Notes: generated by a model from the sequence alone, not told the origin. 58,151 nt of DNA from a bacterium (GCA_041690355.1 JAWLHK010000012.1:62001-120151), one strand, 5' to 3'; positions 37,413-47,498 are shown, counted from the first letter of the stretch. Made by a program: numbers and translations.

Positions 37413-38279
37413 TTATTGTCGCCGATGCGCAACGAAAAGTCTCGGAATGCCCGCGAGGTCGTTTTCGAAGGCCGGCGCCCAGCCGCGCGCCGCGAGCAGA
37501 TCGGCGATGGCGTCGCGCTCGCCCGCGCCGAACTCGCAGGCCCAGAACCCGCCGTCGCGCAGCAGCGTCGGCAGCCCGTCGGCGAGGACCGTGATTGCTT
37601 CGAGCCCCGTCGGCCCCGCATAGAGCGCCACGTGGGGCTCGTATTCCTTCACCCCCGGTTCGACGCGGGGGTCACCGTCGGCGATATACGGGGGGTTGGC
37701 GACGACGAAATCGAACGTGAGGCCCGCCAGCGGTTCGACCCAGCTGCCGCTGTGGAAACGGATGCGCTCCGAGACGCCGTGCGCCTCGGCGTTTTCGCGG
37801 GCGAGGGCCAGGGCCGCCTCGTCGACCTCGACGGCGTGCACAGTCGCCTGCGGATATTCGGCGGCCAGCGTGACCGCGATGGCCCCCGAGCCGGTCCCCA
37901 GATCGGCCGCCGTCCAGGCGGCGTCGCGGTCGGGCCGCAGGCGCAGGACGGCGTCGATGAGCAGCTCGGTCTCGGGCCGGGGGATCAGCGCACGGCGGTC
38001 GGTTCTGAAGACGCGGCCGTAGAATTCCTTCTCGCCGATCAGGTAGGCCACCGGCTCGCCCGCGGCGCGGCGGCGCACGAGCTCCCGATAGGCGGCCCGT
38101 TCGGCATCGGTGACCGGCTTGTCGAAATCCACGTACAGGCGGATGCGCTCGGTCTTCAGAACGTGCGCCAGCAACAGCTCGGCATCAAGACGGCCGCTGG
38201 GAGACCCTTTTTCGGCCAGATACCGGGCCGAAGTCTGCAGCAGACGCATGGTCGTCCAGACTTCCGGCTCCGCGGTCAC
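37413..38279 (-). CDS. prmC: Release factor glutamine methyltransferase
   Basis: [19 protein letters not shown]; directly downstream of prfA. Confidence 0.96.
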   Translation of the reverse strand: MTAEPEVWTTMRLLQTSARYLAEKGSPSGRLDAELLLAHVLKTERIRLYVDFDKPVTDAERAAYRELVRRRAAGEPVAYLIGEKEFYGRVFRTDRRALIPRPETELLIDAVLRLRPDRDAAWTAADLGTGSGAIAVTLAAEYPQATVHAVEVDEAALALARENAEAHGVSERIRFHSGSWVEPLAGLTFDFVVANPPYIADGDPRVEPGVKEYEPHVALYAGPTGLEAITVLADGLPTLLRDGGFWACEFGAGERDAIADLLAARGWAPAFENDLAGIPRLFVAHRRQ

Positions 38280-39355
38280 GACTCCCTCGTCGCGCCCTGG
38301 AGCGCCTCGGCCTGGTAGTGCGAGATGAGCGGATCGAGCAGCTCATCGAGGCCGCCGTCGATCACGCTCTGCAGGTTGTAGATCGTGAGCCCGATGCGGT
38401 GATCGGTGATGCGCGACTGGGGAAAGTTGTAGGTGCGGATCTTGGCCGATCGATCGCCCGAGCCGACCATGGCCCGGCGCGCCTCGCTGATCTCGGCCGC
38501 CTGCGCCGCCTGGGCGGCGTCGAGCAGCCGGCTGCGCAGCACCTTCATGGCCTTGATCTTGTTCTTGAGCTGGCTTTTCTCGTCCTGGCACGAGACGCTG
38601 ATGCCCGTCGGCAGGTGCGTGATGCGCACGGCGCTGTCGGTCGTGTTCACGCTCTGGCCGCCGGGGCCGCTCGAGCGGAAAACGTCGATGCGCAGGTCCT
38701 TGTCGGCGATCTGCACGTCGACCTCTTCGGCCTCGGGGAGCACGGCCACGGTGACGGCGCTCGTGTGGATGCGTCCCTGGGCCTCGGTGGCGGGCACGCG
38801 CTGCACGCGGTGCACGCCGCTCTCGAATTTCATACGCGAGTAGACGTCGCGCCCCGAAAGGCCGCAGACGATTTCCTTGTATCCGCCCAGCCCGGTTTCG
38901 CTGGCCGAGAGGATCTCCATGCGCCAGCCGCGCCGTTCGGCATAGCGCGTGTACATGCGGAAGAGATCGGCGGCGAACAGGCCGGCCTCTTCGCCGCCGG
39001 TGCCGGCGCGGATTTCGAGGATGACGTCCTTGCTGTCGTTCGGGTCTTTGGGCAGGAGGGCGATCTTGAGGCGGAACTCGAGATCCTCGATGCGCGCCGA
39101 CAGGCTCTCGACGTCGGCCTGGGCCATCTCGCGGATCTCGGGGTCGCTCTCGCGCAGCATCTCGCGCGCCCCGGCCAGATCGCTGCTGACCTTGCGGAAC
39201 TCGCGGTACAGGCCGACGACCTCTTCGAGGCTTGCCGACTCGCGCGCGCACTCCTGAAAACGGCGCGGGTTCGCGTTGACCTCCGGATCGCTCATGAGGC
39301 GACCCAGTTCTTCGTAGCGCGCTTCGACCGCGTCGAGTTTACGTTCGAGATCCAC
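38276..39355 (-). CDS. prfA: Peptide chain release factor 1
   Basis: PAT (PxT) motif, GGQ, RTYNFPQ. Confidence 0.98.
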   Translation of the reverse strand: MDLERKLDAVEARYEELGRLMSDPEVNANPRRFQECARESASLEEVVGLYREFRKVSSDLAGAREMLRESDPEIREMAQADVESLSARIEDLEFRLKIALLPKDPNDSKDVILEIRAGTGGEEAGLFAADLFRMYTRYAERRGWRMEILSASETGLGGYKEIVCGLSGRDVYSRMKFESGVHRVQRVPATEAQGRIHTSAVTVAVLPEAEEVDVQIADKDLRIDVFRSSGPGGQSVNTTDSAVRITHLPTGISVSCQDEKSQLKNKIKAMKVLRSRLLDAAQAAQAAEISEARRAMVGSGDRSAKIRTYNFPQSRITDHRIGLTIYNLQSVIDGGLDELLDPLISHYQAEALQGATRES

Positions 39356-39411
39356 GGTTATTCCGCGTAAAAGGGCGCGGGCTCAGGCGGCCCGGCCCGG
39401 AATCTGCGCAC

Positions 39412-39433
39412 AAAAAAAGCCCCTGGCGGGGCT
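39412..39433 (-). terminator. Terminator downstream of rpmE
   Basis: AGCCCC-GCCA-GGGGCT hairpin followed by a T-run on the minus strand. Confidence 0.7.
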
Positions 39434-39455
39434 TCTTCGTCCGTCAGAGAAACGG

Positions 39456-39662
39456 TCAGGACTTGGCTTTGTTGTAACGGCGCTGGAACTTCTCGACGCG
39501 ACCGGCGGCGTCGACCAGCTTCTGCTTACCCGTGTAGAACGGATGGCACTGGGCGCAGATGGCCACGTGAATTTCGCCCACCGTCGTGCGCGTCTGCATG
39601 ACGTTGCCGCATGCGCAGTGGATGTTGGCCGCTTCGTACTTGGGATGAATGCCCGCTTTCAC
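39456..39662 (-). CDS. rpmE: 50S ribosomal protein L31 (Zn-binding type)
   Basis: GTG start, KAGIHPKY, CACG, CAQCHPFYTGKQK, GRVEKF. Confidence 0.96.
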   Translation of the reverse strand: MKAGIHPKYEAANIHCACGNVMQTRTTVGEIHVAICAQCHPFYTGKQKLVDAAGRVEKFQRRYNKAKS

Positions 39663-39761
39663 AGTACCCTCACAAAATTCGGAGTCGAAACCTAAGATCT
39701 TATCAGGGTCGGCACGGCGGTGCAAGGGGACCCGGACCGGCCGCGGCACGTCCGAAACCCA

Positions 39762-39864
39762 TGCCCCAAGCCCGACGCCCAATGCCCGATCGGCAGGAGC
39801 CCGGCCAGGTCGCAGCTAAACCGTTGGTCTTACTCAGGAATTAAGAATCAGGAATCAGGAATTC
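39762..39864. repeat. NGCCC(C/G/A)A array ... GAATCAG array element
   Basis: tgcccca-agcccga-cgcccaa-tgcccga at 39762-39789 and tcaggaattaagaatcaggaatcaggaattc at 39834-39864. Confidence 0.8.
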
Positions 39865-39872
39865 CGCCCTCG

Positions 39873-40118
39873 CTACTGGGCCCTTGCCCCCACGTGATCG
39901 ACCAGCCCCTGACGCCCCTCATGGGCGGCGCAGCTGGCGCAGCAGAAAATCGTGTCGCCGTCTTCGACCCCGTGACCGATGACCCGGCAGCCGCAGTGGG
40001 CGCACGCCGGAGCCAGGGCGTGAATGGCGCATTCGAAACTGTCGAAGGTGTGGGTCGTCTCGCCCTGGATGACCTGGAATGCTTTGTCGTATTCGTTGTG
40101 GCAGACTTCGCACTGCAT
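39873..40118 (-). CDS. Small Cys/His-rich metal-binding (metallothionein-like) protein, 81 aa
   Basis: CEVC-N-YDK, FDSFECAIH, CAHCGCRVIGHG, FCCASCA. Confidence 0.85.
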   Translation of the reverse strand: MQCEVCHNEYDKAFQVIQGETTHTFDSFECAIHALAPACAHCGCRVIGHGVEDGDTIFCCASCAAHEGRQGLVDHVGARAQ

Positions 40119-40259
40119 ACGCTCGTTCTCCGGCAGAGAGGTTCTCGGCCATTGTCGGGCCCTGGCGCGAGGCACGCGAGAGCGGCGCCCCGGATCCCGG
40201 CAGGGCGGCCCGGCGGTCGCTTCGTGCATGGATGCCGCCGGGGCGGGTACACTTTGTCC

Positions 40260-42275
40260 ATGCTGAAACTCATTCTCCCCATCGCCGTGCTGGCGCTCGC
40301 CGCCTGTACGACCGAACCCGCGCCCGCGGCCCCCGCCTGCCGCGCCGACCTCGCCGACGCCGTCGACGGCCTGGATGCCGCCTTCGACGCCACGGGCTCC
40401 TGCGCCTCGGCGCTCACGCTCTCACTCTGGGTGGCCGTCGAAAAGGACGGCGGTTCGATCGTCTGGGTGCCCGCGGCCGAAGCCCCGCTCGCCATCGAGG
40501 GGAGCTGGGGGGCAGACGGGGACGCCTTCGTGCGCGACGTGACCCTGCGTAATACGGGGTCGGCAGCCGCGACCGTCCACGGCCTGCTCTGGACGGGCAC
40601 CCTGACGGGCGGCTCGCTGCAGGCCGACCGCATGCTGCACAACGGCTACCAGAGCTGGAACTACATGGGCATCGAAACGATCCCCGCGGACAATGGGGAA
40701 CTGTTTGCGCCCACCGACGGGGCAGAAGTGTCGCTGCAGACGAGCGGCGGCCAGAACGAATTGACGCTCGAGGAGCTGCCCGGCCTGTCGTGGTGGTGGA
40801 CGGCCGTGGGCGCGGCTTCGGACCAGGCCCTGATCGCCGGCGCCGACGGGGGCACGGTGTGGAAAACGTACTTCCTCGCCGAACGGGACGAAAGCGGCGA
40901 CGTCACCTTCCAGATCGCCATGGGGCTGACGGGAGATCCGGTTGCGCTCGACGCCGGTTCCGCCAGGTCTCTCGACGGCCTCTACCTGCGCTGGGACGAC
41001 ATCGGGAAGGGGCTCGACGCCTATGCCGAAACGGTGGCGGCGAAACATCCCCCCACGTTCGAGAAGGGGGCGCCGCTCGCCGGCTGGGGCTCGTGGAATC
41101 TCTACTATACGGATATCTCGGCCCCCACGCTGCGCGAAGACCTCGCCTGGCTCACGAGCGAACTCGACGGATTCGGACTCGATACCTTTCTACTCGACGA
41201 CGGCTACCTCAATCATTGGGGGAGCTGGTCGGCCTCGGTCACGTTCGGCACGTCGCTCGCGAACTGGGCCGGCGAGGTCAAGGCGGCCGGCATGAACCCG
41301 GCGATCTGGCTGGCGCCGATGTACGTCGACGTCAAGGATCCGGTCGTGACCGCGCACCCCGAGTGGTTCGTGCGCCGCGAAGACGGCTCGCTGCGCACCT
41401 TCAATAACTTCGGCCCCGACCACGCCGCCCTCGACATCACGCATCCCGACGCGCGCGCCTTCTTCCTCGATCAGCTCACGGCGCTGTGGGACGCGGGCTA
41501 CCGCATTTTCAAGATCGACTTTCTCTTCGGCGCCGCCATCGAGGGGCAGCGGCAGACAACCGTCACGACGCTCGAATCCTATCAGTTGTGGATGAAGGCC
41601 ATCCGCGACGCCGTGCCCGAAGCGCACCTGATCGGCTGCGGCGCCCCCATGCTCCCCTCGGTGGGCTGGGTCGACTCGATGCGCACGGGTCCCGACATCG
41701 CCTTCGTCGTGCTTCCCGACAACCGCTATCCCTTTCTCGCCGCGCAGGCCCGGCACACCGCCTACCGCCCATATACGGACAAGTGGTGGATTCTCGACGC
41801 CGACGTCGTGCTGCTGCGCGGGACGAACATCAGCGACGCCGAAGCGTGGACCCACGTCGTCTCGGCCATGCTGAGCGGGGGGAACTATCTGCTCGGAGAC
41901 GCGCGCCAGTCGACCGAGGCGCGCCTGGCCATGGCGCTGCGCACCGGGTTCGAGCAGCTGGCCGACGGCGTCGCGGCACGCCCGGTGGACTGGATGGCGA
42001 CGGTGGATCCGAAGATTTTCGGCACGCCGCCCGAAGACCTGCAGGGGAAAACCGCGTTGCCCCACGTCTGGGAAAAGACGGATCGCAACGGCGTGCGCTG
42101 GACCGCCGTGTACGGCTGGGAGCCGGGCGGCGAGTTCGCGGTGCGGCTCGATTCGACGGCGGTGGAAGTGATTCCGCCCGCGGATCTGTCCGGTACCGCC
42201 ACGTTCGTGAAGGCACCCGCGGGGCCGATCGCCGTCGACCGCCACGCCGTCCGCCTCTTCCGCAGCCGGCCTTGA
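40260..42275 (+). CDS. Lipoprotein, alpha-galactosidase family (GH36/GH27-like)
   Basis: Lipobox LAAC; GWGSWNLYY, LDDGY, IWLAP, FKIDF, MRTGPD. Confidence 0.85.
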   Translation: MLKLILPIAVLALAACTTEPAPAAPACRADLADAVDGLDAAFDATGSCASALTLSLWVAVEKDGGSIVWVPAAEAPLAIEGSWGADGDAFVRDVTLRNTGSAAATVHGLLWTGTLTGGSLQADRMLHNGYQSWNYMGIETIPADNGELFAPTDGAEVSLQTSGGQNELTLEELPGLSWWWTAVGAASDQALIAGADGGTVWKTYFLAERDESGDVTFQIAMGLTGDPVALDAGSARSLDGLYLRWDDIGKGLDAYAETVAAKHPPTFEKGAPLAGWGSWNLYYTDISAPTLREDLAWLTSELDGFGLDTFLLDDGYLNHWGSWSASVTFGTSLANWAGEVKAAGMNPAIWLAPMYVDVKDPVVTAHPEWFVRREDGSLRTFNNFGPDHAALDITHPDARAFFLDQLTALWDAGYRIFKIDFLFGAAIEGQRQTTVTTLESYQLWMKAIRDAVPEAHLIGCGAPMLPSVGWVDSMRTGPDIAFVVLPDNRYPFLAAQARHTAYRPYTDKWWILDADVVLLRGTNISDAEAWTHVVSAMLSGGNYLLGDARQSTEARLAMALRTGFEQLADGVAARPVDWMATVDPKIFGTPPEDLQGKTALPHVWEKTDRNGVRWTAVYGWEPGGEFAVRLDSTAVEVIPPADLSGTATFVKAPAGPIAVDRHAVRLFRSRP

Positions 42276-42289
42276 GTCCTCAGCCCTGC

Positions 42290-42329
42290 GAATCAGGAAT
42301 CGAGAATCAGGAATCAGGAATTCAGAATT
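42290..42329. repeat. GAATCAG heptamer array
   Basis: gaatcaggaatcgagaatcaggaatcaggaattcagaatt. Confidence 0.9.
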
Positions 42330-42374
42330 GATATAATCCCCGCTTTCACCCCGGGGCGCGCAGAGGAACGAACG

Positions 42375-42941
42375 ATGGCCATCAAGTGTGACAAGTGGAT
42401 CCGGAAAATGGCGACCGAGCACGGCATGATCGAGCCGTTCGCCGATGAACAGGTGGGCAAGGGGATCATTTCGTACGGGGTCAGCTCGTACGGCTACGAT
42501 CTGCGGGTGGCCGACGAGTTCAAGATCTTCACGAACATCAACGCGACCATCGTCGACCCGAAAGCCTTCGACCCGAAGAGCTTCGTCGACTTCAAGGGGG
42601 ACGTCTGCATCGTGCCCCCCAACTCGTTTGCCCTGGCGCGCACGGTCGAGTACTTCCGCATTCCCCGCAACGTGCTCACCGTCTGCGTGGGCAAGAGCAC
42701 CTACGCCCGCTGCGGCATCATCGTCAACGTCACCCCGTTCGAGCCCGAGTGGGAAGGGTTCGTGACCCTCGAGATCTCGAATACGACCCCGCTGCCCGCC
42801 AAGATCTACGCGAATGAGGGGCTGGCCCAGGTCATCTTCTTCGAGGCCGACGAAGTCTGCGAGCGCAGCTACGCCGACCGCAGCGGGAAATACATGAAGC
42901 AGGGGCGCGAAGTGACCCTCCCCCGCATTCTGCCCGGCTGA
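42375..42941 (+). CDS. dcd: dCTP deaminase
   Basis: [28 protein letters not shown]. Confidence 0.97.
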   Translation: MAIKCDKWIRKMATEHGMIEPFADEQVGKGIISYGVSSYGYDLRVADEFKIFTNINATIVDPKAFDPKSFVDFKGDVCIVPPNSFALARTVEYFRIPRNVLTVCVGKSTYARCGIIVNVTPFEPEWEGFVTLEISNTTPLPAKIYANEGLAQVIFFEADEVCERSYADRSGKYMKQGREVTLPRILPG

Positions 42942-42950
42942 GGATTCAAG

Positions 42951-43637
42951 GTGCACTCTGAACCGCGGCGCGATCGCCTCGGCCGCCTGAGCCCCGGCGG
43001 CGAGGTGGCGCTCGTCATGGCGCTCACCTATGCCGTCATCTTCGGTACGGCCGCCGCCGGGGTCTTCACCTGGTTCGCCTACGCCATCTTTCTCTACCTG
43101 CCGGTGGGGGTCGCCTGGCTGCGTAACGAAGATTTCGCGCGCTACGGCCTGCTCGTCGCCGATCGCCGGCGTACGGTGCGCGAGGCAATCGGCAACGCGC
43201 TGGTCATTTTTCCGCTCTTCACGCTGGGATACGCCATCGCGCTGCGGTGGGTTCCCCAGCTCCCCCCGCTCCGGTTCGGCTTCGACGCCGACGTCGGCCA
43301 GGTGCTGCTTTTTGCCCTGCTGCAGGTGGTCGTGGTCGGCCTCGCCGAAGAGTACTTCTACCGCGGATACCTGCAGGAGCGCCTCGATCGCATCTGGCCC
43401 CCGCGCTGGCGCCTGCTGGGCGCCGTAGTGGGCCCCGGCTGGATCGTACAGTCGGTGCTCTTCGCCGTGGGCCATCTGGGGCAGGGTCTCAACCCCGGGC
43501 GCCTCGCCACGTTCTTTCCCGGGCTCTGGTTCGGGTGGGTCAAGGCCCGCACGGGCAATGTTTATGCGGGCATCGCGCTGCACGCTTTGGCGAACCTGCT
43601 GATCGCCTGGCTGCAGGGCCAGGCGGTCGGCGGCTGA
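42951..43637 (+). CDS. CPBP family intramembrane glutamic protease (myxosortase-like)
   Basis: EEYFYRG, FAVGH, LATFFPGLWFGW, HALAN. Confidence 0.88.
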   Translation: MHSEPRRDRLGRLSPGGEVALVMALTYAVIFGTAAAGVFTWFAYAIFLYLPVGVAWLRNEDFARYGLLVADRRRTVREAIGNALVIFPLFTLGYAIALRWVPQLPPLRFGFDADVGQVLLFALLQVVVVGLAEEYFYRGYLQERLDRIWPPRWRLLGAVVGPGWIVQSVLFAVGHLGQGLNPGRLATFFPGLWFGWVKARTGNVYAGIALHALANLLIAWLQGQAVGG

Positions 43638-43844
43638 CCCCCGCGGCGGCCCGTTTTTCTGGCTGCCTGCCGGGCGTTCGGGGGCCGGGGAGAAAAAGAG
43701 ACCCCGATTCCGTAAAGAAATCAGCCAATTGGCGGGGGTGTGAGTTGCGGCACAGTAATCATTCGGCTAGAATGGTTACGTCTCTCAGAGGCCTGTCCTC
43801 CGAGGGGCAGGGGTGTCTAACTTTCCGCAGGAGCAGCAGTCGCT

Positions 43845-44339
43845 ATGGCCGGGACCCAGTTGGTCATGTACGAAGAGGAGTTTCAGAAGATAAACTCCGT
43901 CATCGAGCGTCTGGCGCGCGAGGCCAATGCGAAGTTGATCTTTCTGGTCGACAAGAACGGCCAGCTGATCGCCAACTGCGGCGAGACCGAAAACATCGAC
44001 ACGACCAGCCTCGCCAGCCTGACCGCCGGCAACATCGCCGCCACGGGCGGCCTGGCCAAGCTGATCGGTGAAAAGGAATTTACGGTCCTTTTTCATGAGG
44101 GCGAAAAGGACAACATCCACATCTCTCTGATTGGCGCCCGGGTCATTCTGGTCGTCATCTTCGACGGACGTTCGTCCCTGGGGCTGATTCGACTGCGTGT
44201 CAAAAAGGCCGGCGAAGAGCTGCAGGGAATTTTCGATGCCCTGATGAAGAAAGTCGAGGCCGACGCCGGGGGTGGCGGGCTCGATTCGCCGTTTGCCGAG
44301 ATCACAGACGAAGACATCGACAACCTTTTCAGTGATTGA
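43845..44339 (+). CDS. mglB: Roadblock/LC7 GTPase-activating protein MglB
   Basis: [48 protein letters not shown]. Confidence 0.96.
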   Translation: MAGTQLVMYEEEFQKINSVIERLAREANAKLIFLVDKNGQLIANCGETENIDTTSLASLTAGNIAATGGLAKLIGEKEFTVLFHEGEKDNIHISLIGARVILVVIFDGRSSLGLIRLRVKKAGEELQGIFDALMKKVEADAGGGGLDSPFAEITDEDIDNLFSD

Positions 44340-44350
44340 ATCCGGACCGT

Positions 44351-44938
44351 ATGTCGTTCATCAACTACTCATCCCGCGAGATCAACTGCAAGATCGTCTA
44401 CTACGGCCCGGGGCTGTGCGGTAAGACGACGAACCTGCAGTACATTTACGGCAAGACGTCGCCCGACGCCAAGGGAAAGATGATCTCGCTGGCGACCGAG
44501 ACCGAGCGCACGCTCTTTTTCGACTTCCTCCCGTTGTCGCTGGGGGCGATTCGCGGCTTCAAGACGCGTTTCCACCTGTACACGGTGCCGGGGCAGGTGT
44601 TTTACGACGCCTCGCGAAAGCTGATTCTCAAGGGGGTCGACGGCGTCGTCTTCGTGGCCGACAGCCAGAACGAGCGCATGGACGCCAACATCGAGAGCCT
44701 CGAGAACCTGCGCGTGAACCTCAAGGAGCAGGGCTACGAGCTCGACAAGATTCCCTACGTCGTGCAGTACAACAAGCGCGACCTCCCGAACGCCGCCTCG
44801 ATGGAAGAGCTGCGCAAGGCGCTCAACCCGACGAACGTGCCTGATTTCGAGGCCGTCGCCCCGAAGGGGGTCGGCGTATTCGATACGCTGAAGGCAGTCA
44901 GCCGGCTGGTGCTGCTCGAGCTCAAACAGGGCAAGTAA
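44351..44938 (+). CDS. mglA: Small Ras-like GTPase MglA
   Basis: [42 protein letters not shown]. Confidence 0.98.
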   Translation: MSFINYSSREINCKIVYYGPGLCGKTTNLQYIYGKTSPDAKGKMISLATETERTLFFDFLPLSLGAIRGFKTRFHLYTVPGQVFYDASRKLILKGVDGVVFVADSQNERMDANIESLENLRVNLKEQGYELDKIPYVVQYNKRDLPNAASMEELRKALNPTNVPDFEAVAPKGVGVFDTLKAVSRLVLLELKQGK

Positions 44939-44963
44939 TCGTCCGGCCAACGGATTTTCAACA

Positions 44964-44990
44964 GGGGCTTCTTCGGGAGCCCCTTTTTTT
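44964..44990 (+). terminator. mglBA terminator
   Basis: GGGGCTTC-TTCG-GGAGCCCC followed by a T-run. Confidence 0.85.
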
Positions 44991-45085
44991 GTCTTTGGCC
45001 GGATTCGCGGGACGTGGTAAGATTTGGCGGACCGCAGAGCGGCCGCTCGGCGATCCATACCCCTTACTCATAACGAGGAATTCCT

Positions 45086-45241
45086 ATGAAGAAGCTTCTT
45101 GGTTCGGTGCTCCTGCTGAGCGCCCTGGCTTTCGTCCCCGCCTGCTCCGACGAAGATCCGCTGTGCACGGCCTGCAAGGACGCCTGCGAAGGCGACAGCA
45201 CCTGCGTCGCCGCTTGCGAAGCGCAGGACTACTGCCAGTAA
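45086..45241 (+). CDS. 51-aa Cys-rich lipoprotein (absent from the ORF track)
   Basis: RBS GAGGA at 45075-45079; MKKLLGSVLLLSALAFVPACSDEDPLCTACKDACEGDSTCVAACEAQDYCQ*; terminator follows. Confidence 0.85.
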   Translation: MKKLLGSVLLLSALAFVPACSDEDPLCTACKDACEGDSTCVAACEAQDYCQ

Positions 45242-45259
45242 GCAGCTGCGCCTCGGCGC

Positions 45260-45296
45260 AAAAAAGCCCCCGGGAGACCGGGGGCTTTTTCTTTTT
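45260..45296. terminator. Bidirectional terminator
   Basis: AAAAAGCCCCCGG-GAGA-CCGGGGGCTTTTT between convergent genes. Confidence 0.85.
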
Positions 45297-45323
45297 CGAG
45301 CAGGTGCAGTTGCGGGAGCGCAA

Positions 45324-45746
45324 TCAGTTCTGTTTGGCGCCGTCGGCGATCCACTTGCGCACGGCCGCGACGTCGTCGGCGTGCAGCGGGCTCCCCTGGG
45401 GCATCCGCTGCCCGTAGGTGTGCGTCCCGGCAATCTTCATGTAGAGCCAGCTCTTGTCCGGATTCCCCGGTTCAACCAGGCTCAGGGTCTTGGCCTGGGT
45501 CGATTTGGCGAGCACTTCCTGGTAGTTCTCGTCGGGCGTGCCGTCGAGCTTGAGGCCCGCGCGCGGGGCCGAACCGGCGTGGCAGCCCGAAAAAGCGCAC
45601 GTTTTCGCGAGCAGTTCGCCGTTGATCGACGCAAACGTCGGGTCAAGGCCGATGGGGTCGGCGGTCGCGGCGGGTTCATCTTCGGTTCCGCAGGCCACCA
45701 GGGTGACGGCGCAAAGCAGGCTCAGGAACAGCTTGGACAGGTTCAT
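45324..45746 (-). CDS. Lipoprotein with cytochrome c-like domain (CX4CH)
   Basis: Lipobox LVAC; CAFSGCH, VEPGNPDKSWLY, RMP, WIADGA. Alternative start at 45755. Confidence 0.8.
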   Translation of the reverse strand: MNLSKLFLSLLCAVTLVACGTEDEPAATADPIGLDPTFASINGELLAKTCAFSGCHAGSAPRAGLKLDGTPDENYQEVLAKSTQAKTLSLVEPGNPDKSWLYMKIAGTHTYGQRMPQGSPLHADDVAAVRKWIADGAKQN

Positions 45747-45846
45747 AATCTTCATCCGTCTGAAAAAATTCTGAGGGGCGTCGGCCCCTGCACTGGAGTC
45801 CCGGTATTTTACCCGGTGAGCGCACCGCCATGCCACCAACGGGGGA

Positions 45847-46028
45847 ATTGACGATTTACAATTTACGATTGACGAATTTCGAACAGGACTCTGACAGGTT
45901 CTTGCTTCGTTGGCGCTCGGCGCTCAGCGCTCGGCGCTTTCCTTGATTGACAATGCGGCCTGGACCGATAGACGATGAACACTTGCGAGCTGAGACTGAC
46001 TTGTGACTGAAGACTGGTGACTGAAGAC
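45847..46028. repeat. Compound TTGACGA / TGGCGCT / GACTGAA array element
   Basis: Array 45847-45876, AACAGGAC 45882-45889, GTTCTTGC 45898-45905, array 45910-45938, array about 46005-46028. Confidence 0.85.
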
Positions 46029-47039
46029 ATGCTTGCCATGCGCCTCCACGCCCCCGCCCCCATCGAGACCCGCCCGTTGCGGGCCGAAGAGGTGCCCATA
46101 CCCACGCCCGAGGTGGGCGAAGCGCTGATCCGCGTGCGCGCCTGCGGCATCTGCCGCACCGACCTGCATGTGATCGAAGGCGATCTCCCCTTCGGCGGGC
46201 GGCCCGTCACGCCCGGCCACCAGATCGTGGGGACGGTAGAGCGTCTCGGCCCCGGCGTCGACGCCTTCGAGCGCGGCGCAAGAGTCGGCATCGCATGGCT
46301 GCAGGGCACCTGCGGCGTGTGCGCCTTCTGCCGCCGCGGAGATGAAAACCTCTGCGCGCAGCCGCGCTTCACCGGATACCATCGCGACGGTGGTTTTGCG
46401 GAATATGTGACCGCGCCGGCCGACTGGCTCTACCCCATCCCCGACGTCTTCAGCGACGCCGAGGCGACCCCCCTGCTCTGCGCGGGGATCATCGGCTACC
46501 GCGCCCTGAAAAGGAGCGAAGTGCCCGACGGGGGGCGGCTGCTGCTCCTGGGGTTCGGCTCGTCGGCCCACATCACGCTTCAGATCGCGCGCCACCGCGG
46601 CTGCGAAGTGTATGTCGCGACCCGGGGAGAAAAGCACCGGGCGTTCGCCCGCGAGCTCGGCGCGGTCTGGGTCGGCGACGCGCAGGACGAGCCGCCGGTC
46701 AAGGTCGATAGCGCCATCGTCTTCGCGCCGGCGGGAGAACTGGTTCCTGTCGCGATGCGGGCGGTCGAACGCGGCGGCACGGTCGCCTGCGCCGGCATCT
46801 ACATGACCGACATTCCGGCCATGGACTATGAGCGCCATCTCTTCTACGAGAAGAATCTGCGCTCGGTCACGGCCAACACGCGGCGCGACGGCGAAGAGCT
46901 TTTGCGGATTGCGGCCGAAATTCCGATCCGCTCGCGCGTCACGGTCTTCCCCCTGCGCGAAGCCAATGAAGCCCTGCTCCAGTTGAAACGGGACGGCCTG
47001 AACGGCACGGGGGTCCTGCAAGTGACGAGTGACGAGTGA
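46029..47039 (+). CDS. Zinc-dependent alcohol dehydrogenase family protein
   Basis: CGICRTDLH, PGHQ, CGVCAFC...ENLC, PLLCAG, GFGSSAH. Confidence 0.93.
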   Translation: MLAMRLHAPAPIETRPLRAEEVPIPTPEVGEALIRVRACGICRTDLHVIEGDLPFGGRPVTPGHQIVGTVERLGPGVDAFERGARVGIAWLQGTCGVCAFCRRGDENLCAQPRFTGYHRDGGFAEYVTAPADWLYPIPDVFSDAEATPLLCAGIIGYRALKRSEVPDGGRLLLLGFGSSAHITLQIARHRGCEVYVATRGEKHRAFARELGAVWVGDAQDEPPVKVDSAIVFAPAGELVPVAMRAVERGGTVACAGIYMTDIPAMDYERHLFYEKNLRSVTANTRRDGEELLRIAAEIPIRSRVTVFPLREANEALLQLKRDGLNGTGVLQVTSDE

Positions 47040-47125
47040 CGAATTCCAGCAAGGACCTATGAATTGCTGGCTCAATGCGGGAGCGATGTCAGTGCTTGGT
47101 GCTTGGCGCTTGGCGCTCAGCGCTT
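47021..47125. repeat. GTGACGA array / motif ... TGGCGCT array element
   Basis: Array 47021-47043 contains the ADH stop; GCAAGGAC 47049-47056; array 47089-47125. Confidence 0.88.
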
Positions 47126-47209
47126 CCTGAAGCATGCCTTGAGAACCGTTCGTCTCGAGCCGACGGCGCGAGCAGAGCGAGCGCGACGGCGAGAGGGCCG
47201 GCATGATCG

Positions 47210-47449
47210 CTACCCTCCCCTCACGATGCGCAGAAGCCACCCGACGAGGTTCACGAGCAAGGTCAGCGCGACGCTCAGCAGAAGCATGCTGACCAGCGGG
47301 AAATAGACGCGCGACCGTTCTCCCTGCCAGCGGATGTCGCCCGGCAGCTTCCCGAACCAGGCGAACAGCCCGGGCGCCTTCCACAGAATAAGCGCGGCGA
47401 CGACCGCCAGGACGGCAACGAGGAAGAGGATTTTCACCGAAGCGGGCAT
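47210..47449 (-). CDS. DUF2905 family small membrane protein
   Basis: FGKLPGDI...VYFPLVSMLLLSVAL. Confidence 0.9.
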   Translation of the reverse strand: MPASVKILFLVAVLAVVAALILWKAPGLFAWFGKLPGDIRWQGERSRVYFPLVSMLLLSVALTLLVNLVGWLLRIVRGG

Positions 47450-47498
47450 ATCGGATCATTGTACGCGGGAAGGAAAACGAACGTCCCGCATGCACCAG

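Noticed and set aside
43729-43750. Sigma54 promoter for mglBA (TGGC...TTGC)
   Set aside because: The GG-to-GC spacing is 13 nt rather than the required 10.
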